Shown here: positions 47,967-61,478 of the stretch, one piece after another
How the letters are laid out: each line of letters opens with the position of its first letter
Position numbering within the stretch: position 1 is the first letter of the stretch
Source: Marsupella aquatica
Lineage: Eukaryota; Plantae; Marchantiophyta
NCBI GenBank assembly: GCA_973895155.1
Contig: OZ316892.1
Coordinates: forward strand, 13,265,270 to 13,329,269
Length of the DNA stretch: 64,000 bases
Reading direction: 5' to 3'
Translations under genes and position numbers: made by a program
The notes under the pieces: generated by a model
Told to the model about the DNA's origin: nothing
Databases searched by the model: none
The model's input: only the letters and a program-made list of their open reading frames with translations

Positions 47967-50900
47967 TGTGGGGAGAAATCAGATCAGGAAAAACACTCCA
48001 AACATGCACGTGCTCAATAGTTACGTGGTTCGCCTCAAGGTTGGCTACGTCCACGGGAAGACCAAGCTTTATTAGCGGTTATGTGTGTACTCAAGCATCA
48101 CCATAGCTCTCATCTCTTCAAGCTCTCATCTCTTGCTATATCCCTGTGTTCTCTCTTGAGAACTCTCTTGTGTGTGTTCTCACACCACATACAAGTTGAA
48201 GAGATAAGGATCAATCTCTTCAACTAGGGTTTACTCTAACCCTAGTTAACATCCTAACCATAGTTCAACCCAAGACTGAGTTAACCTCTACAAACTCCCC
48301 CTTGACTCACGTCTTGGGAGGGTTCATAATATTGTCTTTTCCTTACAAGTTCCTCCGCGGGAAGTTCAAGATAGTAAGACCAAAAGGCCCTCTCCCTAAT
48401 GCAAGGGTTAACTAGAACTAAGCCGTAGCCGATAAGCCATCGAATGGAGTACTCATATAGAGACATTTTCTTGGTTAACTCTATTTACAATATTTGTAAA
48501 TAATTACAATGCCTTGAAAAACTATTGGAGTCTAATACTTTGGTAAAAGCATCCGCTGGATTAAGCTTTCCATCAATCTTGACAAGCTCAAATTCATCAT
48601 CCGATAATGCCTGTCGGATGAAATGATAGCGGACATCAATGTGCTTTACCCTGCCATCCATCACCTGATTCTTGGCAGTGTAAATTGCACTTTGACTGTC
48701 ACAATGAAGATACACAGAATCTTGTGATAAGCCCATCTCTTTGACAAGCTTTTTCAACCAAATGGTCTCTGATGCTGCTTCTGCTGCCGCTACATACTCG
48801 GCATCCATAGTAGACTTTGCAACACACTTTTGGAGAGTAGACTTCCAACTAATGCATCCACCAGCAAGTGTAAATACATATCCAGTTGTTGATCTCCTCT
48901 TATCCAGATCACCTGCGTAGTCTGCATCCACATAACCTTGAAGCACTTTCATATTGTTTGAACTTGCATAAAACAATAAACCCTTCTTAGTGGAACCTCT
49001 GATGTAGCGCAAAATCTATTTCACTACTTCCCAATGGACTTTTCCTGGATTTGCCATGTATCTGCTTACCTTGCTAACGGCATAAGCTATGTCTGGTCGG
49101 GTGCATACCATGAGATACATTAAACTGCCCACAGCACTTTCATAAGGAACTTTGTTCTATTGCATCCGATGGACAAAATGCTGCAGAAATATTGAAATGC
49201 CTTGCCAAAGGAACACTCACAGCCTTAGCATCTGCCATGTTGAATTTTGAGAGCACCTTCTCTGCATATCTTTTTTGCGTCAGCCAAAGTTTGGCTTTGT
49301 TCACATCCCTGACAATCTCCATGCCTAGGATCCTCTTGGCTGTGCCCAAGTCCTTCATCTTAAACTCAGAACTGAGTTGGGCCTTAAGCTTATCAACTTC
49401 GCCCCTATCCTTTGCTGCAATGAGCATGTCATCCACATAAAGTACAAGGATGACAAACTTAAAATCTGTGTTGTTCACACGCCTGATGTAAATACATGGA
49501 TCGTACATGCTTCGCACAAATCCAAGCAATTTCAAAAATTCATCAAAATGCTTGTTCCACTGCCTTGGGCTCTGCTTTAATCCATACAAGGATTTTAGCA
49601 ATCTGCATACCAAATTTTCCTTGCCCTTTTGTACAAAACTCTCTGGTTGCCTCATGTAAATCACCTCATCCAACGATCCATATAAGAATGTCGTGACAAC
49701 ATCCATTTGATCTAAAACTAGATCAAATAAAACTACAAGAGCACATAGCAAACGTATTGTTGAATACTTTGCTACGGGTGAAAAAACCTCATTGTAGTCT
49801 ATACCTTTCTGTTGAGTAAAACCCTTGGCTACCAACCGAGCCTTAAATATCTTCTCAGCATCCTCCGTGGGTCCATCTTTCTTTCTATACACCCACTTGC
49901 TGTCAACAACCTGCTTGTCAGTAGGTAGACTTGTGAGTTCCCAAGTCTTGTTATCATGAAGTGATTTCATTTCCATGCGCATCGCCGCCTGCCATTGTTG
50001 CTTCTCCATAGAAGCTAGGACCTCTCGAAATGAGGATGGATCTCCATCTTCTGTCACCAATGCATCAATAGATTCTTCATCCAAATCCACTTGATCAGAA
50101 GGAAGCCAAGTTCCATACCTTTCTCGGGCTTGACGTTTGCGAGTTCCTCTTCGCACTGAAGACTCTGGCTGATCTGATTGTAGTGTGCTTTGCCTTACAG
50201 TGGTGTCAACATATTCTTCATTTGACACATCATTTCCCCTTAAATCCTCTAGAGGAGGAGATTGCTCTTTGTTAGTAGTAGGGAATTGATCTATCTCCCC
50301 CTCCTTCAATGATTTTTCTTCATTGAAGGATACATCCCGACTAACAAGTAACTTGCAATCAACTGGATCCCACAACCGATAACCTTTAACTTCACGCTGA
50401 TAACCAAGAAAAATGCATTTCTGGGCTCTAGGATCTAGCTTAGTCCTATTGTTGCTAGGAACATGTGCATATGCTTCACAGCCAAAAACCCTAAGCTTTG
50501 AATAATCAGCAGGTCGATTGTGCCATAACTCAAATGGGGTTTTGTAAGTAATTGCTCGACTAGGAGAGAGATTTACTAGATAAGCAGCAATGTTCACAGC
50601 TTCCGCCCAAAAGATTTGTGGCAATTTAGAGTGGCTCAACATGCTCCTTGCTCGCTCCAACAATGTGCGGTTGAGTCGCTCAGCAACACCATTTTGCTCA
50701 GGAGTGTACACAGTTGTGAGATGGTGAGTAATTCCCTTATTTGCACAATACGTGTTGAACTCGCCAGAGGTGTATTCACCACCATTATCTGATCGTAGAT
50801 ATCTCACATTCTTTGCAGTCTGTGTCTCAACTTGAGCTACCCATTGTTTGAAGATGGAAAGCACTTCAAACTTATGGGCAATGAAATAAATCCAAACAAA

Positions 50901-53900
50901 CCTTGAGTAATCATCGATAAACTATACATAGTATTGTTTGCCTGAATGTGAGGAAACCGGAGCAAGACCCCACACATCGGAATGAATATACTCAAGTACA
51001 ACTTTAGAATGATGAATAGCAGTCGGAAATGGAGTTCTTGTTTTCTTGCCGACAATGCACTGATCACAAAAACTCAACTTGCATGCTTGCAATCCTGGTA
51101 GGAGATGTTGCTTGTATAAAATTTCCAAACTTTTTTCACTCATGTGACCAAGCCGAGCATGCCATAAATTGATTTTCTCCTCCTGAGATGTGACCAAATT
51201 GACTTCGGCAGGAAGGGTGGTGCCTTCCAAGACATAGATGTTTCTTTTCCTCTTGCCAATAAGAACTTCAGTTGATCCATGCGTGACTGTTAACACCCCA
51301 TCAGTTGTACTCCATTGAGAACCCTTCGCATCCAAGTAGCCAAGAGAAATCAAATTCTTACACATTTCTAGAATGTGTCTGACATTTGATAGAGTACAGT
51401 ACTTGCCACCAGGTAGTTGAATCTTTACGGATCCAATCCCTAAAACTTTGCAAGAATGATTATTTCCCATCAAAACAGATCCGTTGATAGGAGTGTAGGA
51501 TGAGAAAAATTCACGCATATAACACATGTGATACGAGCAAGCGGAATCCAAAATCCATTGACAATCCTCAACTTGGGAAGTGGTACACAATGCAAATCCT
51601 TCACTATCATCTTCTCGAACAACTACTTGGTCTGAAGAACCGACAACTTCCTTGAATGTGTCTTTGACGCGACAATCCTTCTTCATGTGGCCCACTTTAT
51701 CACACTTCCAACACTTTATCTCACGAGTAGACTTGGATGGTGATTTGCATCGAGATCTAGATCTGGATCTAAACCTCCTCCTACCAAAAGATCGGTCGTG
51801 GAACCTTCCTCGCTCCATGGGAAGTGGGTTAAACCTTTTGTTTTCATGAGATGGCTCCCTTGATTTGCCTCTTTCTACCAACAGTGTTGTTGATGATGAG
51901 GTTGAGGTAGGATGAGCTGAAGAAACCAACTTAGACTGCATGTCATCGGTCAACAGGGCACTCACCACATCATTGTAGGATATAGTTGTCTTATCACGGA
52001 ATAGAAGAACTCGCGACAAAGATTGGTACGAAGGTGGTAGTGAGCTCAAGAGTTGTAAGGCTTTCTTTTCTTCGCTCAAATGCTCCCCCAAATTCTCTAG
52101 GTCAACCACAAGATCATTGAACTGATCGATATGATCTTGAATCTTGACTCCATCAGCCATTTTGAATTGCATGAGCTTCAGGCTTGCATACATTCGGTTT
52201 GACATCTCCTTCTTATAGTACTTGTTGCGCAATGCTTGAAACAAGTCCGTCACCGTTTGTGTTGATTTTTTCTTGAACTGCTTCTTCACATTGTTTTTCA
52301 GGTACATTCCAACAATGCTTACTGTTTGATCCCGAAGATCATGCCAATCATCATCTTCCATCTCCTTGGGTTGAGATCTTAGTACCTTGCCTAGGCCCAT
52401 CGCCCTAAGTGCATCCCTCACGTTACGTTCCCACATTGTATAGTCCATCCGACCATCAAATTTTTCCACCTCAAACCTTTGACTTCCAATCCTAGTAGTC
52501 GCCATCGCTAGAATGCCAAATGTAGTGTGGAGTTGCCTTCCAACAAGAAATGAACGTCGAATGCTCAGATGCGGGGTGTGAAAATAAGGCCAAAAATGAA
52601 AGTTGGTGAATTTTGAAACTGATCACTCCTGTGTATAGCCCACAAGGTAACGCTCCAAATGCTGAAAACGGTTTGTCAAACGGACTCTCGAGTGCCGAGA
52701 ATTTTTACTCTGACCGGAGGGGGGTAAAAAATGAAATAAATACCCCTCGAGGGAATCTTTTATGCCAAAGATTCCACTAGTATGCGTTTCCAAAATTGAG
52801 CACACCAATGCTTGCCTAGCTTCCACAAGTACACCTCTCCAAAAGTTGAAGTTGATTCGATTTTGTTTGCCGCTCGGAATCTTTGACCTTCGGTAAAAAT
52901 TTAAGCCTCTGGAAAAAGAATCTTTTCGGGAAATTCCGTCCGCCCTTGTACAGCCCCTGTGGGGGAAATTCACAGGGGGCACTTCCCCCTACCCGAGCCC
53001 TGTCGAGCCCTAAAAGGCCTCCTCGAAGTTTTCGACCTCCTCGCGCGTCCGCGGAAGTCGCGATTATTCGCGGCAGAAAGTACCCCTCGGCGGATTCACT
53101 CAAATTCCTGTCTCAGTTTTTGACGAAATCCAATTCTGATTTCAGATTCAGAAACTAGACTTCGAGGGCATCAAGATCGATATAAAGAACTTGCAAAACG
53201 GTGGAGTAATGAGGGAGAAACGATTCATTTAAAGTGACTGATATTAAGTTATCCGCCATAGCCAAAATTTCGAGCTCAAAAAAACGAGAATTGAAATTAA
53301 GATTACTTCTCAACCGTTTGACGAAATCCAGCGATGTTGATATCGAAACGTCTAGAAAGACGAGGCGCTCAAGCGTGTCTTAGTTTCAAGTCCCGATAGA
53401 ACAATCAAAAAAACTGATCTGAGAAATTGACCTTATCTCTTGCCCGATAACGTAAATTGAAAACCGTCACTTACAATTGTTTCCGTTTTTGACCTCAGGC
53501 CTTCATTGCTTCACTGAAATGAGCCCCTGGTTGTGTGCTCCACACTTGTGAGAAGATTGAGTCCGATCTTCTTCCAATAGCTCCGCTTTGAAGAGGAAAT
53601 CATCCGCTGTTCACTTTGCTTGAAGCAAGTTCTATGGAGTTCCTAATCGACTGAAAAAATCTGAGCTCTGATACCAATTGTGGGGAGAAATCAGATCAGG
53701 AAAAACACTCCAAACATGCACGTGCTCAATAGTTACGTGGTTCGCCTCAAGGTTGGCTACGTCCACGGGAAGACCAAGCTTTATTAGCGATTATGTGTGT
53801 ACTCAAGCATCACCATAGCTCTCATCTCTTCAAGCTCTCATCTCTTCAAGCTCTCATCTCTTGCTATATCCCTGTGTTCTCTCTTGAGAACTCTCTTGTG

Positions 53901-54020
53901 TGTGTTCTCACACCACATACAAGTTGAAGAGATAAGGATCAATCTCTTCAACTAGGGTTTACTCTAACCCTAGTTAACATCCTAACCATAGTTCAACCCA
54001 AGACTGAGTTAACCTCTACA
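47967..54020 (-). mobile_element. Nested Ty1/copia element in opposite orientation
   Basis: LTRs 53679-54020 and 47967-48292, near-identical except one extra 16-bp AGCTCTCATCTCTTCA unit; TSD GTTTA; PBS (GCTCTGATACCA on +) near 53665; PPT next to 48293. Confidence 0.95.
48485..52505 (-). pseudogene. Copia gag-pol with a few stops and frameshifts
   Basis: ORFs 50922-52505 (gag, CCHC, WILDS, WHARLGH), 49140-50864 (INT, RT LYVDD) and 48485-49012 (RNase H). Confidence 0.92.
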
Positions 54021-54798
54021 GTTTAGGGCATTTTTTTGCCCCCATACAGCCTGTATACCTTCAAATCCCGACAAACCTACTTCGCCATATGCCCCGGCGC
54101 GCGCCCCGGCCTCTCACACCCCTCTAAGCATAAAAATGTGCTTTTTCTGGTGAAAATACCGCCCAAAACGCCCTTATATGGACCTTATACGCAAAAATAC
54201 GTGCGTTTTGACCCCTTTAAACCCATTTTTCATGTTTTTTTGCACTTTATATGAGATTCTTGTCGCGAATACGTGCGCCTTTTCTAGGGGCTTTAAGACC
54301 CCTTTAAAGTGTTTTTTTCTGAATTTTTTTTCTCTCCTCCTCATTGGTTGTGCCGCATCCCGGGCCCTATGACCCTCCATTTTAACCGCTTAGATAGGGG
54401 AACGGCCCCCTGTGAGACTTATCGGACTGTGCAGGAATATTCCCAAAAAAGAGCTGTTTTTCAGCCGTCCAACAAAGATTCTGTCCGCCAATAACATTTT
54501 TGGTTCTTTTTCGGCGAGGTCATAGCCATTGAAGTTGGCAACGCGGCGCACCGATCACATCGCAATTCCGACGACGGGTTGTACTTGGTATTTTGGTTAT
54601 TCCTTGAGGTGGTCAAAATGGGGGAGTTTCCCAAGGTTTTACCCACCTCGACCGAAATTTGAATAACTTTTTCGTTAAATTTCGATTATGATTTCGGTTT
54701 TTAGTATTGGACTCCTAGCTTTGTGGGCTACGCGGCGGTGTTGAGTTTCGAGTTTTTTGAGAAGTTGTGAAAAATAACATTTTTTGTGATTTTCTCAT

Positions 54799-57700
54799 AT
54801 GAGTGATTCGAAAGAGTTTTTCGAAGACGTGGAACTTGAAGCGCGAGGATCACCGCGGCAGTTTGAGGGGCAGAGAGAGGAGCAGGAGGAAGAGCACGTG
54901 ACACCGATACCATCACCGGTGCGGCGTGTGGTGGAGGAAGCAGTACTACTACCGGAGCTCACGGTAGTGCCAAAGAAGAAGATGGGGACTTTCAAGCTTG
55001 GTGGACCCAAGTATGAAGTGACAAAGTATGATGGGCGCTCTGACTACTTGCTATGGGAGAAGCAGGTGAAGGGAGTGCGCTATGCGTCAGGGATGGGCCA
55101 ACTGCTGAGCCCTCGTGAAGACGATGTTGATGAGAAACAATGGGACCGCATGCAGGAGCAGGGAGTGTGGTGTGTTACACTCTATCTCATGCCTCCCATC
55201 ATCAAGCAGTTGGGTGCACATAAGGATTGCATGTCCTTGTTTGCGAAATTGCAAAGCAAGTATCACCGCAAGGAGTTGTCGAACCGGCTTTACACTTCCT
55301 ACAAACTGATGAGTTTCAGGATGAAGGAATCCGGTACGGAGTTGCAAGACCATGTGGATGCTTTCAACGACATGGTCGTTGACTTGGAAAACCTTCGGGA
55401 GACTTTGAATGATGAGACAAAAGCTCTGCAGCTTCTCAATTCATTGCCTCCATCTTACCAGTCCCTATCACGAGTGTTGTTGCATCGTGATAGGGATACC
55501 ATTTCATACAATGACGTGGTAAGTTCTCTACTTAGTGATGATCTTCAGCAGAAGATGCACATCACGTCACAGCCTTCATCATCTGGTGCTGCCCTCAATG
55601 TTAACCGTGGGAGGAGTATGCAGCGACCAACTGGAGACTGTAGAACCCAGTTTAGATCTAAATCTAGATCTAAGTCCAAGGGTAAATCTTCTCAGAGGAG
55701 GCAGGTGACATGTTGGAAGTGCAACCAAGTTGGACACTTCAAGTGAGACTGTAAGGGAAAGGCAACGGAAACTTCATCGACAAATGTGGCTAGGGCTGAT
55801 GGAGAAGCTGATTTACTCAATGATGAGTATGTTTTATGAAGTCGGGGGTATGCCCTGTGCACGTCATCTAGGAGAGTAGATGATGTGTGGATACTTGATT
55901 GTGCTTGCTCTTTTCATATTTGTTACATTCGTGAGTTTTTTAGTTCTTACTCTGTTTCAAACGATTCAGTTTTGATGGGAAATGATCACTCCTGTCAAAT
56001 TGAGAGAATTGGGTCTGTGAAGATTTAAATGTTTGATGGCGCTATGCGCATAGTGTCCAGAGTCAGGTATGTACCTGGCATGCGTAAGAATCTAATTTCA
56101 CTCGGTGTGTTGGATTCAAATGGTCATCAATGGAGCGTTATTGATGGTGAACTTCAAGTCAGGTCGGGAGAGACAGTGATTTTGAAGGGGAGCAGACAGA
56201 AGAATTTATATGTGTTATAGGGCAATACTGTATGTGGAGAGGCCAATGTAACCAAGTCTCACGAGGAGATGACTCAACTATGGCATTCACGGCTAGGCCA
56301 CATGAGTGAGAAGGGTTTGGCTATTCTACGGAAGAATGGACTCATATCTGATTTGCAATCTTGTAAATTAGAGTTCTATGAGCATTGCATTCTTGGAAAG
56401 CAGCATCGTTGTGCTTTCGGTGTTGGAACTCATCGTTCCAAAGCGGTTCTTGAGTACATATATAGTGACGTGTGGGGTCCATCCCCGACTCCCTCACACT
56501 CTGGAAAGTTGTACTATGTATCATTTATTGATGATTACTCAAGATTTGTGTGGATTTATTTTATGATGCATAAGTTTGATGTCTTGTCCATTTTTAAGAA
56601 GTGGAAGGCCTAGGTGGAGAATCAGACTGGAAACACGGTCAAGTGTTTGGATACAAGGGTGAAGAGTCTGAGGTCAGACAACGACGGGGAGTACACTTCA
56701 ATGGAATTTGAAGAGTACTGTTCAGAACAGGGGATAACTCGCCATCTCACCACAGTTTATACTCCGCAGCAGAATGATGTCGCTGAGAGGCTCAATCGAA
56801 CACTGTTGGAGCGGTCACGGAGTATGTTGAGCCAATCAGGTTTACCACAAGAATTTTGGGCATAAGCTATCAATACCGCAACTTATTTGGTAAATCTTTC
56901 TCCTTCAAGTGCTATCAATTTCAAAACGTCGTTTGAGATGCGCTATAAGCGGCAAGCAGACTATCATGGCTTGGTAGTTTTTGGAAGTGATGCATATGCT
57001 CTCACACCAAAGCAGAATAGGACCAAGTTGGATCCTACCTCCAAGAAATATGTTTTTCTTGGGTACCAGAGTGGTGTGAAAGCCTATAGGCTATGGGATC
57101 CTATTGTCTGTAAGCTCGTTGTCAGTAGGGATGTTTCCTTCAATGAATCCAGATTATTGAAGGAGGGGGAGAATACTCAGGTCTCCCGTACTGACAAAGG
57201 AAAATCTCCTATCCCGGATCTCATTGAGGGGGATATTGGTCATGAGGTGCATGACCGGAGAGAAGGAGTTGCTCCAATTATGGAGTTGGTTCCTGTGCCA
57301 GAGGAACTAGAGGAGTTTGTTGATGCTGGTGAGCAGCAAGTGGATGTTGTTGAGCTTCAAATTGTACCAGCACACGCAGATTAACCGCGGGATCAACCGG
57401 AGTCATCGGCTAGAAGAGCATCTGGTCGCACTGTACGCGCTCCACCAAGGTATGGACAGTGGGTTGATTCATCTCAATTGCAAGAGGAGGACTTTGTTAC
57501 TGATGATTAGGGTGACGCGCTGATTTTGGAAGAATGGGAACCTTCTTCATTTCATGAAGCAAGTGCTTCAAAGGAGAAGCAGGAGTGGGCTGTAGCAATG
57601 CAAACGGAAATGCAGTCACTGAAGGACAACAAAACTTGGGAGTTTGTCAAGCTGCCTAAGGGAGAGCAAGTGGTGGATAGCAAGTGGATATACAAGCTAA

Positions 57701-58790
57701 AGGATCAATCCACAGGAGGTGGATTGAAGGTCTACAAGGCTAGGTTGGTAGCCAAGGGATTCACACAGGAAAAAGGTATGGATTATAATGAGGTCTTCTC
57801 ACCAGTTGCTAAGTACTCAACAATACGGCTATTGTGTGTGCTTGTTGTTATGTTTGGTCTGCTGCTAGATCAGATGGATGTTGTCACAAATTTCCTCTAT
57901 GGCACCTTGGAAGAGGTGATCTTCATGAGACAGCCGCTAGGTTTTGTGAAGAAAAAGGCAAGAGGATTTGGTTTGCAGATTGCTGAGATCCTTGTATGGG
58001 TTGAAGCAGTCACCAAGACAGTGGAATAAGCGGTTTGATGATTGGATCCGTGCACAAGGCTTTCATAGGAGTGTGTTTGACCCATGTGTGTATCTTAAAC
58101 CGGTGAAGAATGTTGTTTTTGGGTTCATTGTTTTAGTACTTTATGTGGATGACATGCTTATTGCGGCCAAGGATAGGTCTGAGACTGTTAAGCTCAAGGC
58201 ATTGCTTAGTGCAGAGTTTAAGATGAAGGACTTAGGGCCAGCTAAGAGAATTTTGGGTATGGAGATCACTAGGGACTTGAAGACTGGTAAGCTATGGTTG
58301 ATGCAGAGCAGTTATGCGAGGAAGGTAATTGCAAGGTTCAACATGGGGGATAGCAAGCCAGTCAACAACAGGTTATGTGTTCACACTTGGAGGTGGATGC
58401 ATAAGTTGGAGGTCTACTTTGCAGAAGTGTATTGCTCAGTCTACTACAGAAACGGAGTATGTTGCAGGAGCGGAAGCAGCAAAGAAAGCGATTTGGTTGG
58501 ATAGACTTATCACTGAGATGGGATTGCCACAGGGGAATGTGAAGCTCCATTGTGATAGTCAGAGTGCACTCCACCTTGCTGTGAACCAGGTGATGGATAG
58601 CAGAGTGAAGCACATCGACGTCAGGTACCATTTTATCAGGCAGGCTATGTCTGATAATATGTTTGAGCTAGTCAAGATTGACGATAAACTCAACCCGGCT
58701 GACGCTTTTACCAAAGTGATTCCTTTGGAGAGTTTTTCTAGACACCGTCGTTGCAGGTTTTGCAATTGCCTCACAAGTAGGGTTACTTAA
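54799..58790 (+). pseudogene. Copia gag-pol, multiply disrupted, with an internal RT/RNase H deletion
   Basis: Fragments with KYDG, CWKCNQVGHFK*DC, WHSRLGH, LRSDNDGEY, YKARLVAKG, LYVDD. The sequence jumps from SKPV to STTGYVFT near 58360. Confidence 0.9.
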
Positions 58791-60080
58791 CATTTTTGTG
58801 TAGATACTGAGATATGCTCTTGCTCATTCCTTGTATAGGCTACGACTTAGTTCTGGTCTACTCTCGTATAAAGAGGGAAAAACTGGTTTGGTTTTTCTTT
58901 CCAGAACTTCCCGTTGAGCAGTCATATTGGTAGCAGTCTTTACCCTCCCCTAGACCATAGTCAAGGGGGAGATTGTTAGGATTTACTCTTAGGTCTAGAG
59001 TTACGAATGTACCGTAGTTAAGCTAACCTTAGTCGCAGACTTGGTTAGGTTAGTCATGTTGTGCACACTCTATAACCAAGCGGTGTTTGCTTGGAGAGGG
59101 GGAACTCAGGCTCATTGTTACGGAGCTAGTTGAGAGATAGAGAGAGCTTGCGCTATGGATGCTTGGTATGGTCGGTCGGCCTAGAGTGCAGTAAAGCTCA
59201 TGTGTGTTCCCGTGGATGTAGCCTCATGTGGAGGTGAACCACGTATCTCTCTATGTCGACTCTTGTGCGTTGGATGGTTCATGGGCTTGCCGTTGCGATT
59301 GTCGTCTATGCTCAACAGGGGGGTCAAGTTGGTTAAATATTGAGTGACACCCAAGTAAACTCACACCTGGAAAAAGCAAAAGTTTTTATCCCACTATGGT
59401 GTCTTTTTCATCTTTTAATTGTACAAGGACCCTGAGACCACTCAATAAGCACAGTGGTAATTATTTTCACAACCATGTACACAATTAGCAGGTAAGGATG
59501 TCAAAGAGAATCCCCTTATACCTTACCTTCTTGAAAGTACTAATACCAATTACCCATGGCTATGTAGAAACTAAATAATACATGATTGCATAATTTGGTC
59601 ACCTTGGAACCATAGACTGAATTTGAACACAATTCATACAAGCCATGTCTGCACTTGAACCTGTTAGTGGGAACCCAGAACCCAGGTTCCCTCGCGGTTT
59701 CCGATCTTCAAAAGGGTGATTAATTTTCTTTCATTGCACAAATCCAAAAACTAAAAGTAACAATTTGAACCCTAGACCTCACGGTTCCCAACCAACAGTT
59801 TTGGCTAGTTGGATATAACTCGGGGCACAACTCAAATGATATAAACATGAATTATTTTTTTGTCCTCCCTCATGAGCCTTTGTGGCAGGCTTCAGGTTCT
59901 TGCTAACAAGTTCATTTTTGCAAAGGCAAATAAAGGACAAAGTAATTGTTCTGGGGAATGGTGCTCCATCATGTAGCAAACATTGAATCTTTTTGCACTC
60001 CCATATGTAATGGACAAAGTAGTGGAATTTAGTGTGGATGAGCAGCGGAAAGATGCTTAGGATTTGCCATTGATCACGCC

Positions 60081-60377
60081 CTCGGGGGTTTCACTTCCAC
60101 AAAAATGGCATATCACGTACGACGAAGGATAGGGTCATTTTATTGGTTGTAAGGGAAGACTTAAGAATTTTTTTAGAAGAATAATAAGGTCTTTTAAATT
60201 CAATTTTGAGACTTATAAGAACATTAGGGCCTTTTTAATCCAATTTTTGGAATATTCCAAGAATATTCCAACTTTATAGGGGTTAAAAAATAATATTTTT
60301 TTCTTACATTTTAGGGGGTCCAAGGCCTAAAAACGTCACAGGTGATGGGGAGGTCCCCATGTAGTGAGACCCCCGAG
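60081..60377. mobile_element. MITE, CTCGGGGG-TIR family, copy 3 (8-bp TSD ATCACGCC)
   Basis: Termini CTCGGGGGTTTCACT / AGTGAGACCCCCGAG; ATCACGCC at 60073-60080 and 60378-60385; internal GGAATATTCCAAGAATATTCC. Confidence 0.88.
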
Positions 60378-60748
60378 ATCACGCCCATGTCCTTTATCTT
60401 TTTTCAATTTGGGTTTGAGTTCTTGGGAACAATTTTCATCTTTAAGTACTCTTGCCAATGTACCCAAACCTTGACCTAGGTGGTTAGTCATGGCCAACCA
60501 ATTCTAGTTACACACCTGGTTGTGTTAAGAAGAAGAGAAGTTAGAATACTTTTGCTCTACAATAATGGGCAAATTTCTAGTCTCAAGAGTCATTTGCTTA
60601 TTATAAAAGGATCCTTGAGACTCATACTGGTTAACAGGGTCTACCCCTCTTCCAAGAAAAGGGAAAAGATGTCTAAAAAGCAAAATGTCCTCCCTCCCCA
60701 GTCCTTTTATGTCCCTCCCATTAAAACACCCTTAATAGCATTCTGCTA

Positions 60749-61478
60749 TTAAAACACCCTTAAGTAGCATTCCCCAGATTCAGCTGGGCGCTGAGAAAGA
60801 GGAATCACAGTACCATCAATGAGCCCAATACATCCCGGAGATCCTTTCTTGGAAAACTCTTCAGCAATAACTCTGCACTCGGCCCTTGTGGGCCAGGTCA
60901 AGTAACCCTTTCGGAAACCCTTTAGTGCATCTTCCAAAGCTTGAAAGCAACAATTTGTGAAATTGCATAGTGAACCATTACTTACACCCCAGGTTGGAAT
61001 TAAATGATTCAAGCAGGATTCATTGCCTTTGTGCCCCAAACTATCCAATGTAACAGCCAGTTGCCACTCAACAGGGGCCTGTTCATTCTGTGAGTTGTTG
61101 TAGAACACAGGGTGCTGGTCAATTTGGTGAACCAAGGCAAAGAAAGATGCCTTGTCCATCCTTGTCATCTGGCCAAAATGAGTGGAGGGAGTTTGTCCAA
61201 ATACTGTAGAGCAAACTCTCTCAATTTACTTGTTACTGTTTTGTCAACAAAAAACCTGGTACTCTCCATCATGACATACAACTCCATCAGCTCATGTGGA
61301 GCACCCTCCAATTTGAGGATGTCGGTTTCCTCATCAGAACATCTGATGAATACAGATCATGGTCTGAATCCAAAATAGATAGTCTGAAGTCATCCAAAGA
61401 ATCCAAATCGCTACCTGATGCATCAAGGTCATCATTCGAGCTCTCCAAAAGGATGTTCAACACCAACCTGTCACGCAC
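60749..61478 (-). pseudogene. PIF/Harbinger DDE transposase remnant (N-terminal half)
   Basis: RMDKASFFALV...QLAVTL..LG...WGVS.GS...YLTWP...F...G.PGCIGLIDGTVIPL resembles HARBI1-type transposases up to the first catalytic Asp; truncated after that. Confidence 0.8.

Larger units (their letters stand above)
46882..59317 (+). mobile_element. Degenerate Ty1/copia element hosting a nested copia
   Basis: LTRs 46882-47234 and 58974-59317; TSD GGGGG; PBS TGGTATCAGAGC near 47237; PPT AAGGGGGAGAT; fragmented gag-pol 54799-58790. Confidence 0.93.
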
